Assembly (NCBI RefSeq): GCF_004010195.1
Contig: NC_057719.1
Coordinates: 74,588,043 to 74,652,042, forward strand
Direction of reading: 5' to 3'
Length of the DNA: 64,000 nt
Origin: Chiloscyllium plagiosum
Lineage: Eukaryota
Part shown: one piece after another, positions 11,913 to 23,679 of the stretch
How the letters are laid out: every line of letters starts with the position of its first letter
Numbering within the stretch: the first letter of the stretch is position 1
Program-made: the position numbers and the translations under genes
Notes under the pieces: model-generated
Told to the model about the DNA's origin: nothing
Databases searched by the model: none
Seen by the model: only the letters and a program-made list of their open reading frames with translations

Positions 11913-14900
11913 TGAGAAATGAGGACTGCAGATACTGGGAATCATATGTTGCCTGACCTGCTATGCTTTTCCAGCACCACACTAGTGATTTACAATTCTA
12001 ACCAAGCTCAGAGTTCATGCCATTTCAATCATACATAAAATTCAAGAACTTTTGACCAAAATTTTTTTTTTTTAAAAAGAGGCAAACTGTAGGTAATTCA
12101 GCTACTGCCATTCACATCTCCGGCACCATTTTTATTTTGTGACTTGTTCGATTACATCCCCTTTATGTCTTAAGCCACTTATTTGAGCTTCCACTCAGAC
12201 TTTCCTTTGTCATTTCCTCACCTGTATACTTGCTTAAAACTGGTTAACCTTAACATTGAGTTTTCTCCAGACAACTTTCACCGGTTCTTTCAAATTTCCA
12301 ACATCTGTATTATTGTTTTTCTGTCCCTATGAAATCAGTTCCAGCTTTGTAAATGCAATTTCAGCAATAATGCTGGAATTTGTGAGTTTATAGAAATCTC
12401 AAAGTACTTGAGATCAGGAAATAACTGATTAGTCACTACTTTAAAATAGAAAATGACAGCCAATTTTTAGTGTGGCTATGTAATAATAACAGCAACAAAT
12501 TAAAATGCAAACTGCTTAAGTGATACTATTCGATGAATAAATTAGTGAATTCTCCAGCATTTTATAGTTTGATGGGCTCTTTCAGGTTTGCCTGAGCAAA
12601 TGCACTGGGCCTCAATTTAATGCCTCATCTGAAAGAAAGATATGCAGAGGAACAAATAATCCTTCTACCCCAGTTGTGACTCCTCAAGCCATTCCATTTT
12701 CTACCTGTCACTTTCTTGGTCCTTATTTTGCCTGGACCATTAATGCGAATTCTGAGAACAGGTTTATAAAGTGCGATCTAATAAGAGATTGCAAAGAGGA
12801 ACTATTTCCTTTGGTGAAAAGTGCACTGAATTAGCACACCTAACTTTAAAACTTAGTTGTCTGGAAGGATCAAAAAATTGTTTCACAAGTAAAATAAAAA
12901 TCACAAGCTGCTGAAGCTAGCTCAACTGAAAATTTCAGGACAAAAAGAGTTACAAGCTGCAGAAAGTGGGAAGAGCCATATGCAGATTACCCATTAACTA
13001 AACAATGTGGAATAGGCTCAAGGGAGTGAAGGTTCTATTTCGACTTACAGTTCTATCCAATACGTGGATATTTTAAATCAGTTGAGTTAACAATGACAAT
13101 TGAAATATTACACTTGTGTATAACCAGAGTAAAGACACTTACACAAATTTCAGCAGAACCTTTTATTTTGGTATTAAAGTACATATAGCAAAATATGTTT
13201 TAACAAATGTGAAAAACATTAGAATGAAAGACATGTCCAATCTTGACAGACTCACCCCCCCATCTTTGCTAATTAATAATTGACCTATCTGGCGTGTCTT
13301 TATGTTTAAGTGTGGCACCAGGAATATAAAGTACTTGAGCCTTCTAGTGAGCCAGTGTGTCAATATTCAGAAAAATATAAAATTAATATAATGAGGTTCT
13401 TTAGGACATGACCACTCAGTATAGAAATGCAAGTTTCTTTACAATGTTACTGGCGCCCACCAGAATTTATGTGCAAATTAGTCATTCAAAAACACTTTCA
13501 TCAACTCTTTCAGTATTGTGAAGGATCTGACCACAAGTATGATGCTTCATCTGAACTGTGCATTGCCTCACAGGATGCTGGAAACATTCAATATTTGGGA
13601 GGAAAAAAACCTGACAATGTGGGTGAAGTGCAAAAGGAGTGGCACTAATTGGATTACCCTTCAAAAGAACTAGTCTAACAGATGATGTGGGCTATGATGG
13701 CAGGAAGATGTCAGGTACTAATGTAACATTTTTGCCATTCACTTCTAATGGACAGATAAAACGGGTGAGAAGGATGATAGTCTTCTTCATAAATAAATAG
13801 CTACTCTTTAGTCCTGGTATGTGTGCACAGATAAACTAGAATTGCTTGGAATAGCAAGTTATTAATATGCAAGACTTACTGTGACTAACACTTTCAGAAG
13901 TCACTGGCAGTGAATTCTGCCCCCCCCCCCCATTTTAAAAAAAGATCAGCCCTCAATGAGCTGAAGTTCATCTTTTGCATGGCTCAATTAATTAGTTCAC
14001 ACAAACTGGTTGAAAACCTCAACAGGAAAACACAAATTATTTAATAAACCAATTGCCCTTTCAGTCCTAACTTACTCAAATCATCAGTTGTTATAAATAG
14101 TGCTCAACAGGCCTATCACTAAAATGGACTACGTAGGAAATACAATCCTTAATTAGCCCCATGTGTTCTTTACATTCTCTACTCAGTAAGAGCATGTTAT
14201 CAAAGATTTAATAACTCTAACACAAGATCAGAGAGACAATGTAGCATTGTTTTAGAGTTGATTAAGCAGAAAATACAGACATAACAATGGCTACTGATGT
14301 CAGAGGTATTTTGTTAAGCTGCAGCTATAGATCCTCAATGAACTGATCACATATAGGGTGAGTTTAATGATTACTGAAAAGATTTTCACTGATTTAGCTG
14401 CTTTAAGTCAGAATGAAATATGGACAAAAAAGTCTACTGGATAAAATCAAACAGACTTTGCATGGCACATGAATGGTTGCAAGAGGCTGTAGTGTTCCAG
14501 CCTATTGGAAAGGTGTGGTGGGATTAATTTATCACCATGTATGACATTCATTCTACCTGATGTCCATGATCAATGATATCTAATGATGTGGAAGGAATTG
14601 TTCTGATGTGCTAGCTGTTCTTGGACATCAATTTAATGGCTTTCTTCCACATTCGAAACAGGATTTTTTTGAGGGGGGGGGGGTTGAGGAGACATGGAGG
14701 TGACTCTGTTCCGTTGCCACCTATCCCTCAGAAGATAATTGCCACATTCTGTCTAGCACTCTATATATATTTCACTGCTAGATATTGTGAAGCACAGTAA
14801 AAAAAAAACCATGTTCGTGTCTATTGACTCATTGTTGCTCCAGGGTTCAGTGAGTATGACTGAGTGGCAAAATTGAGCTTAAGGTCACATGCCCTGACAA

Positions 14901-15398
14901 TAATTCATAAAAGTGTGTCTGATATGCCTGTTAGAGGACATTCAAGTATTTCTGTATTGTCACGTTACAACATAATCTGGTCAGCTCAAAAAAAGCTGCT
15001 TTGCAGAGTGCAAGGGAAAAATTTGAACCACTTGCCACATTCTTAATTGCAGAGCAAGTCAGCCATTACAAAATCTCATTCTAAATTAATCAAATTTTAT
15101 TTGGAAATCTGCAACATATGTAACTCATTGATCTATGTTAGTTAAAATGAATGGGAGATTAGAAAAAAAAAACAGGACTTTCAGAATGCTGTGCGAAATC
15201 GAATACCTCCCTGAAGGACTAATATTAACCAAAACAACTTCCTATGAAGCACTAGCTTAGGTATTGGAAACTAGCTTCTCCGTATACCCCACCTTTGAAG
15301 TAGCTATACCACACAGTGTAAAATACTATTTACTTGGGAAGAATATTTAGCCAAGATCAACTAGTTCAGCAAAGATAAAGGGATGGACCCAAAGATGA

Positions 15399-15848
15399 TA
15401 GAGGAACCTCGATTATCCGATCGAGATGGGCAGGCACTATTTCGTTCGGATAACTGATTATTCAGTTAATCGATTCAATGCCTTTCCTCTGAGGCTCGGA
15501 GTTTTCTGTAAAGTCTGCTCTCTGTACAGAGGATAAGACAGCATTACAGCGCGCACCCTGTCCCCCCAATGCCACCCCGGTGCCCTATCTGGGGCAGCCA
15601 GACGGGACACCAACAAGACTGCTGCTACTACTTTTTGGGGGTTGGGGAGGTCAGTCAGTCATTTAGAGAGAGCGCACCTGCGCTCACAGTCTAGGACTGA
15701 TCTTGGCAGCACTTTTAATCACTGTAAACAAAAGATGCGATCAGTGCTGGACACGTCTTTGATGTAATGTTTCTATTGGGATCTCAAGATATCCTTCAGA
15801 TAATCAGATTTTCAGATAATTGATATTCAAATAATCTAGGTTCCTCTG
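15399..15848. mobile_element. Non-autonomous Tc1/mariner (Tigger/pogo-like) MITE, ~450 bp
   Basis: Terminal inverted repeats (T)AGAGGAACCTCGATTATCCGA ... TCAAATAATCTAGGTTCCTCTG followed by TA; subterminal GATAAT repeats. Confidence 0.75.
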
Positions 15849-16410
15849 TAGTATACTTTTAAAACCAAAACACGTTTATATGAAGAAGTGAACTGATTTC
15901 ATTTAAATTGAAAGCAAAGAAATGCCAGCAGTACTTAAGAAATAAAAATGCTGCCTGTTGTTTTGCAGGACATCAAAAATTCTACTTCTACCTCATCTAG
16001 ACATGGGAAACTACAATTTATTCTCATGCATCTCAAGCATACTAAGAAAAGCATAATTGTGAAGATGCTGATAGTTGTCACATTCAAACGTTTATGGTAA
16101 AGCTATCTGGGAAGATAAAAATGCATTTAGTCAAATACAGTAAACCACTAATCCATGACTATTCGAGCATGACAATTGTTAGGAGAAAAAAAAAGTGTTT
16201 TAAAAATACTAAAGCTATAAGAGAAAACAAGGCAAGATTTCCCCACACTCAAAGAACAATGCACATTCAACATTACAAGATATGGTAACTTCTTAACCCA
16301 ACTGCATATTGAAGACTTGCTCTGAAACTTTGATAAAAAAAACTTACCTAGCAATTAGAAAACACTGACCATCTGCAAGTGAGGTTTGATAATCATAACT
16401 TTGTTGAATA

Positions 16411-16416
16411 TTTATT
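16411..16416 (-). terminator. Candidate polyadenylation signal AATAAA of SRSF5-A
   Basis: tttatt on + strand, ~300 nt after the stop codon, at the end of an AU-rich 3'UTR. Confidence 0.6.
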
Positions 16417-16719
16417 TAAAGGATGCACAACAGAAACAATTTTATGCAATTGCATTCAATATTACAGATAGATGAAAACCAAAGATCCATTAATGAAATC
16501 AATGCAAAAAGAAAATTGCACATTAAGCAATTAAAGAAATCATTCTGAATAAAAAATGAATTTATAATCAATTCAACGTTACTTCCAATAACTATACATA
16601 TGCATTTAAGTAGACAAAGATCTAGAATCCTTTGACAAATTCACCACTTCCTACTTACCATGTACTTTACATAAACTTTCACTCACTTGGGGGTAAAAGT
16701 CCACTATTGACAATAACAT

Positions 16720-16996
16720 TTAGTCAGCACTTTCACCAGATGGTGACCGCGAAGGAGTCCGCCTCCGAGAACGGGATCTTGCACGCCCTGCCAACACGGG
16801 TGATTTGGATGGTGAAGGGGAGCGGCCTTCCGATTCCTTTGCAGGAGCAGGTGATCTACTACGAGAACGTGATTTACTGCGACTTCTACTCTTTGATCTA
16901 CTGTAAGACTTGCGGTCTCTGGAACGAGATCGACTGCGAGAACGACTGCGAGATCTGGAAGAACTGCGAGTGCGGGAACGGGACCTGCTACGAGAT
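16720..16996 (-). CDS. SRSF5: SRSF5-A last exon: RS domain ending ...SPSGESAD*
   Basis: Acceptor gtgcag at 16997; matches ORF 16720..17004; TAA at 16722-16720. Confidence 0.95.
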
Positions 16997-17316
16997 CTGC
17001 ACATAAAATATCAAGTAGGGAGAAACTATATTATTTTGTACAATTTCTGCCTTAATATCAATGCAGGTGCCTACTCACAAATTATAAAGATGGGAAAGCA
17101 ATGTCTGAAAGTGTACCTGCACAATCCATTCCAAAAATTCAAGTCACAAAGTCCAACCAATATTTTACTGGTGCTACTGCTTTAAAAGACATGGTCGCAA
17201 ACAGTGTTCTGATCAGTAACAATTGCAGCCCTTAATTTCTCTCAATGAACAAAAAATACTCCAGAAAACTGGAAACTCAATTAGAAATGCCTCTATGGTT
17301 TATGTTTAATATTTAC

Positions 17317-17427
17317 CTGTACTGCTTACGTTCTTCAATCAGTCGAATCCTTCTACCATTAAGCTCAGTGCCAGAGAGCTTATCAAGTGCATTCTTCAAA
17401 TCACTGTAACAGGCAAATTCTACAATC
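17317..17427 (-). CDS. SRSF5: SRSF5-A exon 7: [36 protein letters not shown](R)
   Basis: 111 nt, ttttctttaatag acceptor, gtaaa donor. Confidence 0.95.
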
Positions 17428-18314
17428 CTATTAAAGAAAAACAACTATCAGAAAAATCCATTCAGGCTCCGGGGTGGAGTGGAAGAGATATCAGGAAAAA
17501 TAAGGTCTTTGAGTAGTGTTACCACTTATGGGCGAGTCTGAACAAGAACGGCAGGGAGTGGGGTGAATACAATGAAGCAACTAACAATTTAGGTGAATTG
17601 AATAGCATCTTAAGACAGAACAGGATTGTAGAACTCCATGGCAGAGCACAAGTAGGAGGCATGAGGAAGATGGGGAGAGGAACATGGAGGCCAGATGCTA
17701 GGACTCTGGGGTTAACCTGTTAGTTTGCACATTCTAGGCAAAAAGAATGCCAAGCAAAATATTTGTTTTTCCAAAAGTAGCACAGATCAAGTCATAGCTC
17801 AGCATCAGACTCCCAAACTACAATATTCAGTGGCAAAACCATAAAGAGGCACAAATATATATTTGCTATTTCCAATATAACTTATCAATTTACTTGTAAA
17901 TGAACTAAGAGTGCTGTCTGATTAGATCAATTTCATCTATCCCTACAAACAGAACTCCCTGGTCCAAAGCTGACTAACATTCAGATGTTTATCCTATTAT
18001 TTAAGAGAATGTAAAACACCAAAACCTTAAAGTCTATAACAGAATAGCAATTCACGTTGTGAATCGAGTTATCATTGCAAACAACTTCCTAATTTCGATC
18101 TTTAATAAGTATGGCAATCACAAGAAAATTCTTAAGTACAAGCTCACAGAACTAACATTTGCTTAATTTTAATACAACTATCCTGAGGCAAAGCTAACAT
18201 TCTAAAGACTGGAGTTATTGGACATTAGCATTCTCATCAATGAAAATGTGACAAAGTTCAACACATCAGATCATTAACACTTAAATACAAAACTCAACTC
18301 ATACTGACACCTAC

Positions 18315-18388
18315 CCTTCATTGAGTTTGTGCCTGTGTGCATCAGCAAAGGTAACTTCTCCAGCCTGTCTCATAAAATCTTTGAGGTC
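18315..18388 (-). CDS. SRSF5: SRSF5-A exon 6: DLKDFMRQAGEVTFADAHRHKLNE(G)
   Basis: 74 nt, flanked by AG/GT; pseudo-RRM. Confidence 0.95.
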
Positions 18389-18516
18389 CTAGGTAAGATC
18401 AGATCAGTTATGTAAAGCAGAGTATATTAAGAAATATATTCTATTATTTTCCAATACACAAGATTATTGGAAAAAGTATTTTAAAACAATTCTAATTTTA
18501 TCAAAATGTGTATTAC

Positions 18517-19040
18517 CTTCCTGTACAATTCCCTAGGCTATGCAACCAGCCAAATGTAATAAGCACTCGCAGAGGTACGACTGGAGACCAGATGGTGCTC
18601 TTCACCACCCACTTGAGCGACGCTATCATTCGATGCGAGCCTTCTCGGACATCACCCTACCTTAAAGGCAGACGCTGGCGTTGCCATGGGAACAAACATT
18701 GCTACTCTTGCGCCGTGACCAGGGACTCCTCACCTCACTCCAATCGAGCTTCCAACCAACCCTACTAGCGAATTTCTCCCATTTCTTTCAACCAAGGACC
18801 TCATTTTAGTGGGCGCCCAGAACTCGACTTTAGGAAGACACCATTTTCGGGGTGCAGCATGGAACACTGGCATTAACCAAGTGCCCACCATGTAGGTCAG
18901 ATCACCACACACAGATCTAGATCACCAAATGACAAACGTAGGAGCGGACTGGCATTTCAACTAGGCCCAAGAGACCAAGCCAGAGCGATTAGGAAAACCA
19001 ACGGCACTCCTCGTCACAAGGCCAACGACATAACGAGAGG
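18517..19040 (-). other. SRSF5: SRSF5-A intron-5 poison (PTC/NMD) exon; in frame gives PLVMSLAL* (TGA at 19016-19014)
   Basis: Acceptor tttatttaccag at 19041 and donor GAAG|gtaat at 18516. Long identical blocks are shared with 34498-35002. SRSF5 is known to have conserved unproductive splicing in this intron. Confidence 0.8.
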
Positions 19041-20075
19041 CTGGTAAATAAAGTTTTAATACTTGGTTAAACTTTGTAAACATTTAAGCATAAAAACCAA
19101 ATAAAATGTTATAATTAAGGCTTTCAAGGTTAACAGACAAACAAGTTAACACTGAGTTAACTACTTCCACAAAAACGAATAGTTCTGCAAATTAAACAAT
19201 TCACAATCTCCTCAGTACCTGACAATTTAGCTGCAGAGAGCAGGTGTGCAATCAGTACCCCCAGCACCATGCCCAATATCTTTATTGTGGGCATCTTATC
19301 TACTTTCCACACCTAGTCAGCTAAGAGAAGGAACTATCCTAGTGAGTAATCATGGGCACAAACCCACAACTCACAGCAAAATACCAGTTTTACTTTTCAT
19401 CTGAGGCCAACAGGATTAGACCTGGGACACTCACCAAATCATATTCAAACAAAATCGGGCTGGAGTTCTGAGAACAAGAATTCAAGTCAAAATTAGACAT
19501 TGCAAATAAGTGTTTTTTCCCACGCCCACAAATCTTGGAAGGCTGAATAAACAAACTGTGCGCAATACTTAATAACTGCTTTCATCAACTCAAGAATTAC
19601 AACTATTCAAACACAACAGACTATACTTCATTTAGCCATTTTACAGTAAAGGGAACACGGATCTGGTTTCATTAAGCAATTTGAAAGATTATTCAGATAT
19701 ATCTTATTTACAACTATTACTCTTCAGACATTGCATAAAGCATTGCTAAGTCTTTTCAAGGAAGGCTATATACAGTAATGTCACAAACTCCAAAGCCAAT
19801 TTAGCAGTAGTTCCTTCATAAAAGAGTTGAAAGTTGTCCAAGTTATCTGCATTTTTATTTAAAAACATTAACTTTTCATTTAGTGAATGGATGAGCTCTT
19901 AATTAATCCAGGAAAACAAACGTATGTCAAGTGTGTGCCCTTCACTATAAGTGGATTCTTGACTAATCTTGAAAGCCTGATTCATAGCCAATGAAAAGGA
20001 AGTACCAGTTTCACTTCAAACATTGTCAGCTGCTTACACCACAAAAACCACCATTTAGTGCTACATATAACCTAC

Positions 20076-20145
20076 CTGCCAGCTAACTCTGGAAGATAAG
20101 TTTTCAACAATTACTCTATTTTCTGTACGAATTGGAGGTCCATTT
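20076..20145 (-). CDS. SRSF5: SRSF5-A exon 5: [23 protein letters not shown]
   Basis: 70 nt, ctttcag acceptor, gtagg donor. Confidence 0.95.
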
Positions 20146-20239
20146 CTGAAAGACAGTAAATGAAAACCATTAATTTAGAGAGTGTGTTGGAGAATTGAGT
20201 CTGGAGACAAGTTTTAAAAATGGTCAGCTTGTAACTTTA

Positions 20240-20695
20240 TAATTTACAAGGATGTTGCCAAGTCAGGAGGACTTGAGGTATAGGGAGAGGCTGAACAGAC
20301 TGGAGCATTGGAGGCTGAGTGACGACCTTATAGATGCTTATAAAATCATGAGAAGCATGGATAGAGTGAATAGCTAAGGTCTTTTTCCTCTGGTGGGGGT
20401 GTCCAAAAGTAGAGGGCACAGATTTAAAGGAAAGATTTATAAAAGGAGCAAAGGGGATCTTTTTCATGCAGAGGATGGTACATGTATGGAGTGAGCTGCC
20501 CGAGGAAGTTGTGGGGGCTGGTTCAATTACAACGTTCAAAAGGCATCTGGATGGGTACATGAATGGGAAGGTTTAGAGGGACATGGGCCAAATGCTAGCA
20601 AATGGGACTAGGCCAGATTGGGGGATGTCTAACCATCACAGATAGCAATTCAACTTGAACAGAAGGGTCTGTTTCTGTGCTGAATGACTATGACA
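20240..20695 (+). mobile_element. CR1-clade LINE 3' fragment in SRSF5-A intron 4 (antisense to gene)
   Basis: Matches the other CR1 3' ends. Confidence 0.85.
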
Positions 20696-20900
20696 ATGTA
20701 TGCTCAGCAGTGAATGCTAGAAAGGACCCTTAATTTAAGTCAACTTTAATAGTGTTAACTAAACAAAATTACATCACCACACCAAAAGAAAAAAAAAAAC
20801 AGTATTCAAGTACAATCCATTTGCACCAATCTCTCAAATTTGTACTTGTCCTCTCCAAAAATTATTTCTTCAAGCCACTGTGAAAAGCTACGAGGCTCAC

Positions 20901-21008
20901 CTGCCTCCACTACCACCACCACGGGACCAACGTTGGCTGAATCGACCTTGATATCGGCCCCCTCCACGTCCTCCTCTAGGGCGTGCTCTGGCATGTTCAA
21001 CTGTAACT
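20901..21008 (-). CDS. SRSF5: SRSF5-A exon 4: VTVEHARARPRGGRGGGRYQGRFSQRWSRGGGSGG(R)
   Basis: 108 nt, ttttcag acceptor, gtgag donor; RGG linker. Confidence 0.93.
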
Positions 21009-21079
21009 CTGAAAATATTAAACCATTAATATACAATGACACAATGTATATTAACCATAAAGAAATAGTTTTTGTATAC

Positions 21080-21150
21080 CTCTCATTGCACAACTCTTTT
21101 CCATCCATCTCATACACTGCATCATCTGCATCTCTGTAATCTTCAAACTC
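21080..21150 (-). CDS. SRSF5: SRSF5-A exon 3: EFEDYRDADDAVYEMDGKELCNE(R)
   Basis: 71 nt, flanked by AG/GT, RRM1 second half. Confidence 0.95.
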
Positions 21151-21451
21151 CTAAAAAGTAAAGTATTTCCAATAAAGGGAATGCTAAATGAATTGCTATC
21201 CTCAATTAGTAGTATACTATACACAAAATAAAGCCAAGGCATTTGATGTGACACAGAAATACATGGTCAATTAGTATTTTTCTACAGACTAAATGGATGT
21301 TACAAAGTTTTGCCAGTTTTAGCCAGATAAATGCTTCAAATTTGATCTTTCTTATAAACAGTTCCAAGATATGTGGAATTTAGCAAACACTTAGCTGTGT
21401 GGTAAGAATAATACTTCTTGCAAATTGTCAAAAATTGGTTCTACAGCTTAC

Positions 21452-21574
21452 CACAAATCCAAAGCCATTCTTCAGATCAATTTCCTTAATTCTTCCATAT
21501 CCTTTGAAAAACTTTTCCACATTTTTCTCTGTAGCATGAGGACTCAGTCTACCGATGAACACGCGAGAACCCAT
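21452..21574 (-). CDS. SRSF5: SRSF5-A first coding exon (exon 2, 21452-21589 including UTR): MGSRVFIGRLSPHATEKNVEKFFKGYGRIKEIDLKNGFGFV
   Basis: ATG at 21574, poly-T-AG acceptor at 21590-21591, GTAAG donor at 21451; 123 coding nt. Confidence 0.95.
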
Positions 21575-22659
21575 TCTGAACAATGAACTCTAAAAAAAAA
21601 TCCAAGTTGAAATTTGATCTTTCATGAATCGGTAACAGACACTACTCTGTTTCAGTTTATAACAGGTATGGCTATTTGGCAAGATACTTGAAGGAACCTA
21701 CAAAACATTCAGGAAACAACCAATGGTGTTAAATTGCAGAAAAGTTACTAAAATTTCAACTTCAATAAACCTGTACATCTATGAGTTACTTCACCTCTAG
21801 AGGGCAGAGCATAAGTATCAGATGGCATAACTATAAATTTTAATTGTGATTACCATGCTGCTGGGACTTCAATACTCCCACATTAAACATGTCAGAAACT
21901 AGTCAAGAGCAAACGAACACGTTCAGAAAATAAAATTAAAGTAACCATTTTGGAAAATTCAAAGAATTTTCTGAACACTATGCATTTTAGCAGGGCAATT
22001 CACCTAACTTGCACATTTTTGGAATGTGGGAGGACACCAGAGCTTCTGTAGGAAACCTGCAGACACAGGGAAGGCTGTATAAACTCCACAAAACTCAAAT
22101 TAAAAATGCTGGAAATATTCAGGTCCAGTAGTATGCAGGGAGACAGAATGTTAACTGTTCAAGTCCTTGACAAAAAAAAATAAATACTTGCAATAACCGG
22201 TGAAAAGGAATAAGTCTTTGAAAGTGAAAAGCATAGAGATAGTGTACAAGGCAGAAAGGAGGGGGACAAGGCAGCAGGAATCTGGCTTTTGACAAAATCA
22301 TAAGACACTAATTAGAAAATCACATGCACTTGTGACTTACATACACTGAAGCCACTGAACATGGAGAACTATACTTGCTACATTTCCAGTTTGAGGTGCC
22401 AGGAATATAAATTGAAATTTTAAACTCTGAAGACCGTAAAACAGCGGTGTCAAAACATCCAAAGATTTTCTGAAGGGTCAGACCCGATTTGGAAACATTA
22501 ACTGTTTCCCAGTCCACAGATAGCAGCTGACCTGCTGATATCATTAAGAGTCGGAGTCATACAGTAGGGAAACGGATACTGGAGTCCAAGCCGACCATAA
22601 CCCCAAATTAAACTAGCCCAACCTTGGTCCAACGTCGCTTACTCAAAACACTCTGCCAT

Positions 22660-23600
22660 CCAGTAAAGACAGTGGCCGTCAATCCAACTCTGCACGATGC
22701 CCACAAACGTGACTCTGGACCGACCCTCAGACTAAATCTATCATCGGCGTCCGCGTAAAGTGATAGACCATCAGTATTTAAAACGGTGTACCACGCTATC
22801 TACCATGTCGCAATAAGGTGGGGGTGGGGAGAGAAGGACAGGCCGGCCCAGCCCAGCAGGGGCCAGTCACAAACCCGCAGGTCACGACTCCAGAAAATCC
22901 GTCTTTTCCGTTTATGGCCTCGCCTAACGCCCGCATTACCAAGCGGCCTTCGCCAAACCAAGCGGCCAGCTCTCGGCCTCAATTTCTCCTCCTCCTCCTC
23001 CCCGCACCCCACCCACCCACCGCCAAATAAATAAAATATGTACGGCCTCGATTACATTCCCTCTGGTCTTCCCTTTCCTCCACCCCCACCCCAGAAAACA
23101 AGAGCCGCGATTCACCCCACACCCTCGCTCGCCGCCAAAACCAAACAGAAATGGCCGCGGGCTCTCGATGTCTCCAACAGCCACCTCCTTCGTCAAACCG
23201 CCCACCCGTCCCCACACCCAAACCCAAACCCAGCCTTTGGCTCAGCTTTCCATTTCCAAAAAGAAATAAGTTAAGGGCCAATCCCCCTCACGGAACAAAT
23301 GAGCGCTAATACCTATCTATCTGTTCTTTCTTCTTTCCCTCTCCCCCCCCGCCCCAGGCCGGGAGACGGAACGCCGCTCACCCTCAGCCCTCACTCACCA
23401 GGACACTCCGCTACAATGACGCAGTGAAAAATAAAATCCCTTCACAAAATGGCCGCCCCCCCCCGCCGACTGCGTGGCGTCACTTCCGCCACCCACCCGC
23501 ACCGCGTCATCGGCCCGACGTTACTTCCTCCTCGATCACCCTCTCTCCTTACCACGCCAACACACACTCAACCTGTCCCAGATGAAATCATCGCTTCATC
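22660..23600 (-). promoter_or_regulatory. CpG island promoter of SRSF5-A, with a YY1-like site (23445-23457, GGCGGCCATTTTG on -) and an ETS/CRE-like CGGAAGTGACGC (23477-23488)
   Basis: GC- and CpG-rich block in an AT-rich background; motifs read directly. Confidence 0.75.
23399..23480 (-). other. SRSF5: SRSF5-A non-coding exon 1 (5' end approximate)
   Basis: Strong donor CTG|gtgagt at 23398, with an alternative GAGG|gtgagc near 23381. Lies in a CpG island and is homologous to 40714-40830. Confidence 0.7.
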
Positions 23601-23679
23601 ACCCTCCCTCCCCATCCAAATCTCATGTACTGAAGGAAATCTGCCACATTTACCTACTTGACTAATATTTACCTATGAT

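Larger units (their letters stand above)
16411..23488 (-). other. SRSF5: SRSF5 paralog A gene span (8 exons; CDS join 21574-21452, 21150-21080, 21008-20901, 20145-20076, 18388-18315, 17427-17317, 16996-16720; 834 nt, 277 aa)
   Basis: All introns are GT-AG and the phases join into one open frame. The product is RRM1 (RVFIGRL...KNGFGFVEF), an RGG linker, a pseudo-RRM with SWQDLKD and an RS domain. The exon layout is that of SRSF5. Confidence 0.93.

Noticed and set aside
14540..14600. Possible C/D-box snoRNA-like TGAT/CTGA motifs
   Set aside because: No properly ordered C and D boxes with a terminal stem.
1..16400. Exons of a neighbouring gene (e.g. SLC10A1, which flanks SRSF5 in human)
   Set aside because: No exon with recognisable similarity found by eye; short exons could have been missed.
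16632..17185. + strand ORFs 16632..17006 and 16910..17185 (RERDR-rich)
   Set aside because: Antisense shadows of the SRSF5-A RS-domain exon.
22786..23665. Cluster of overlapping short ORFs
   Set aside because: Stop-poor CpG island of SRSF5-A exon 1/intron 1.
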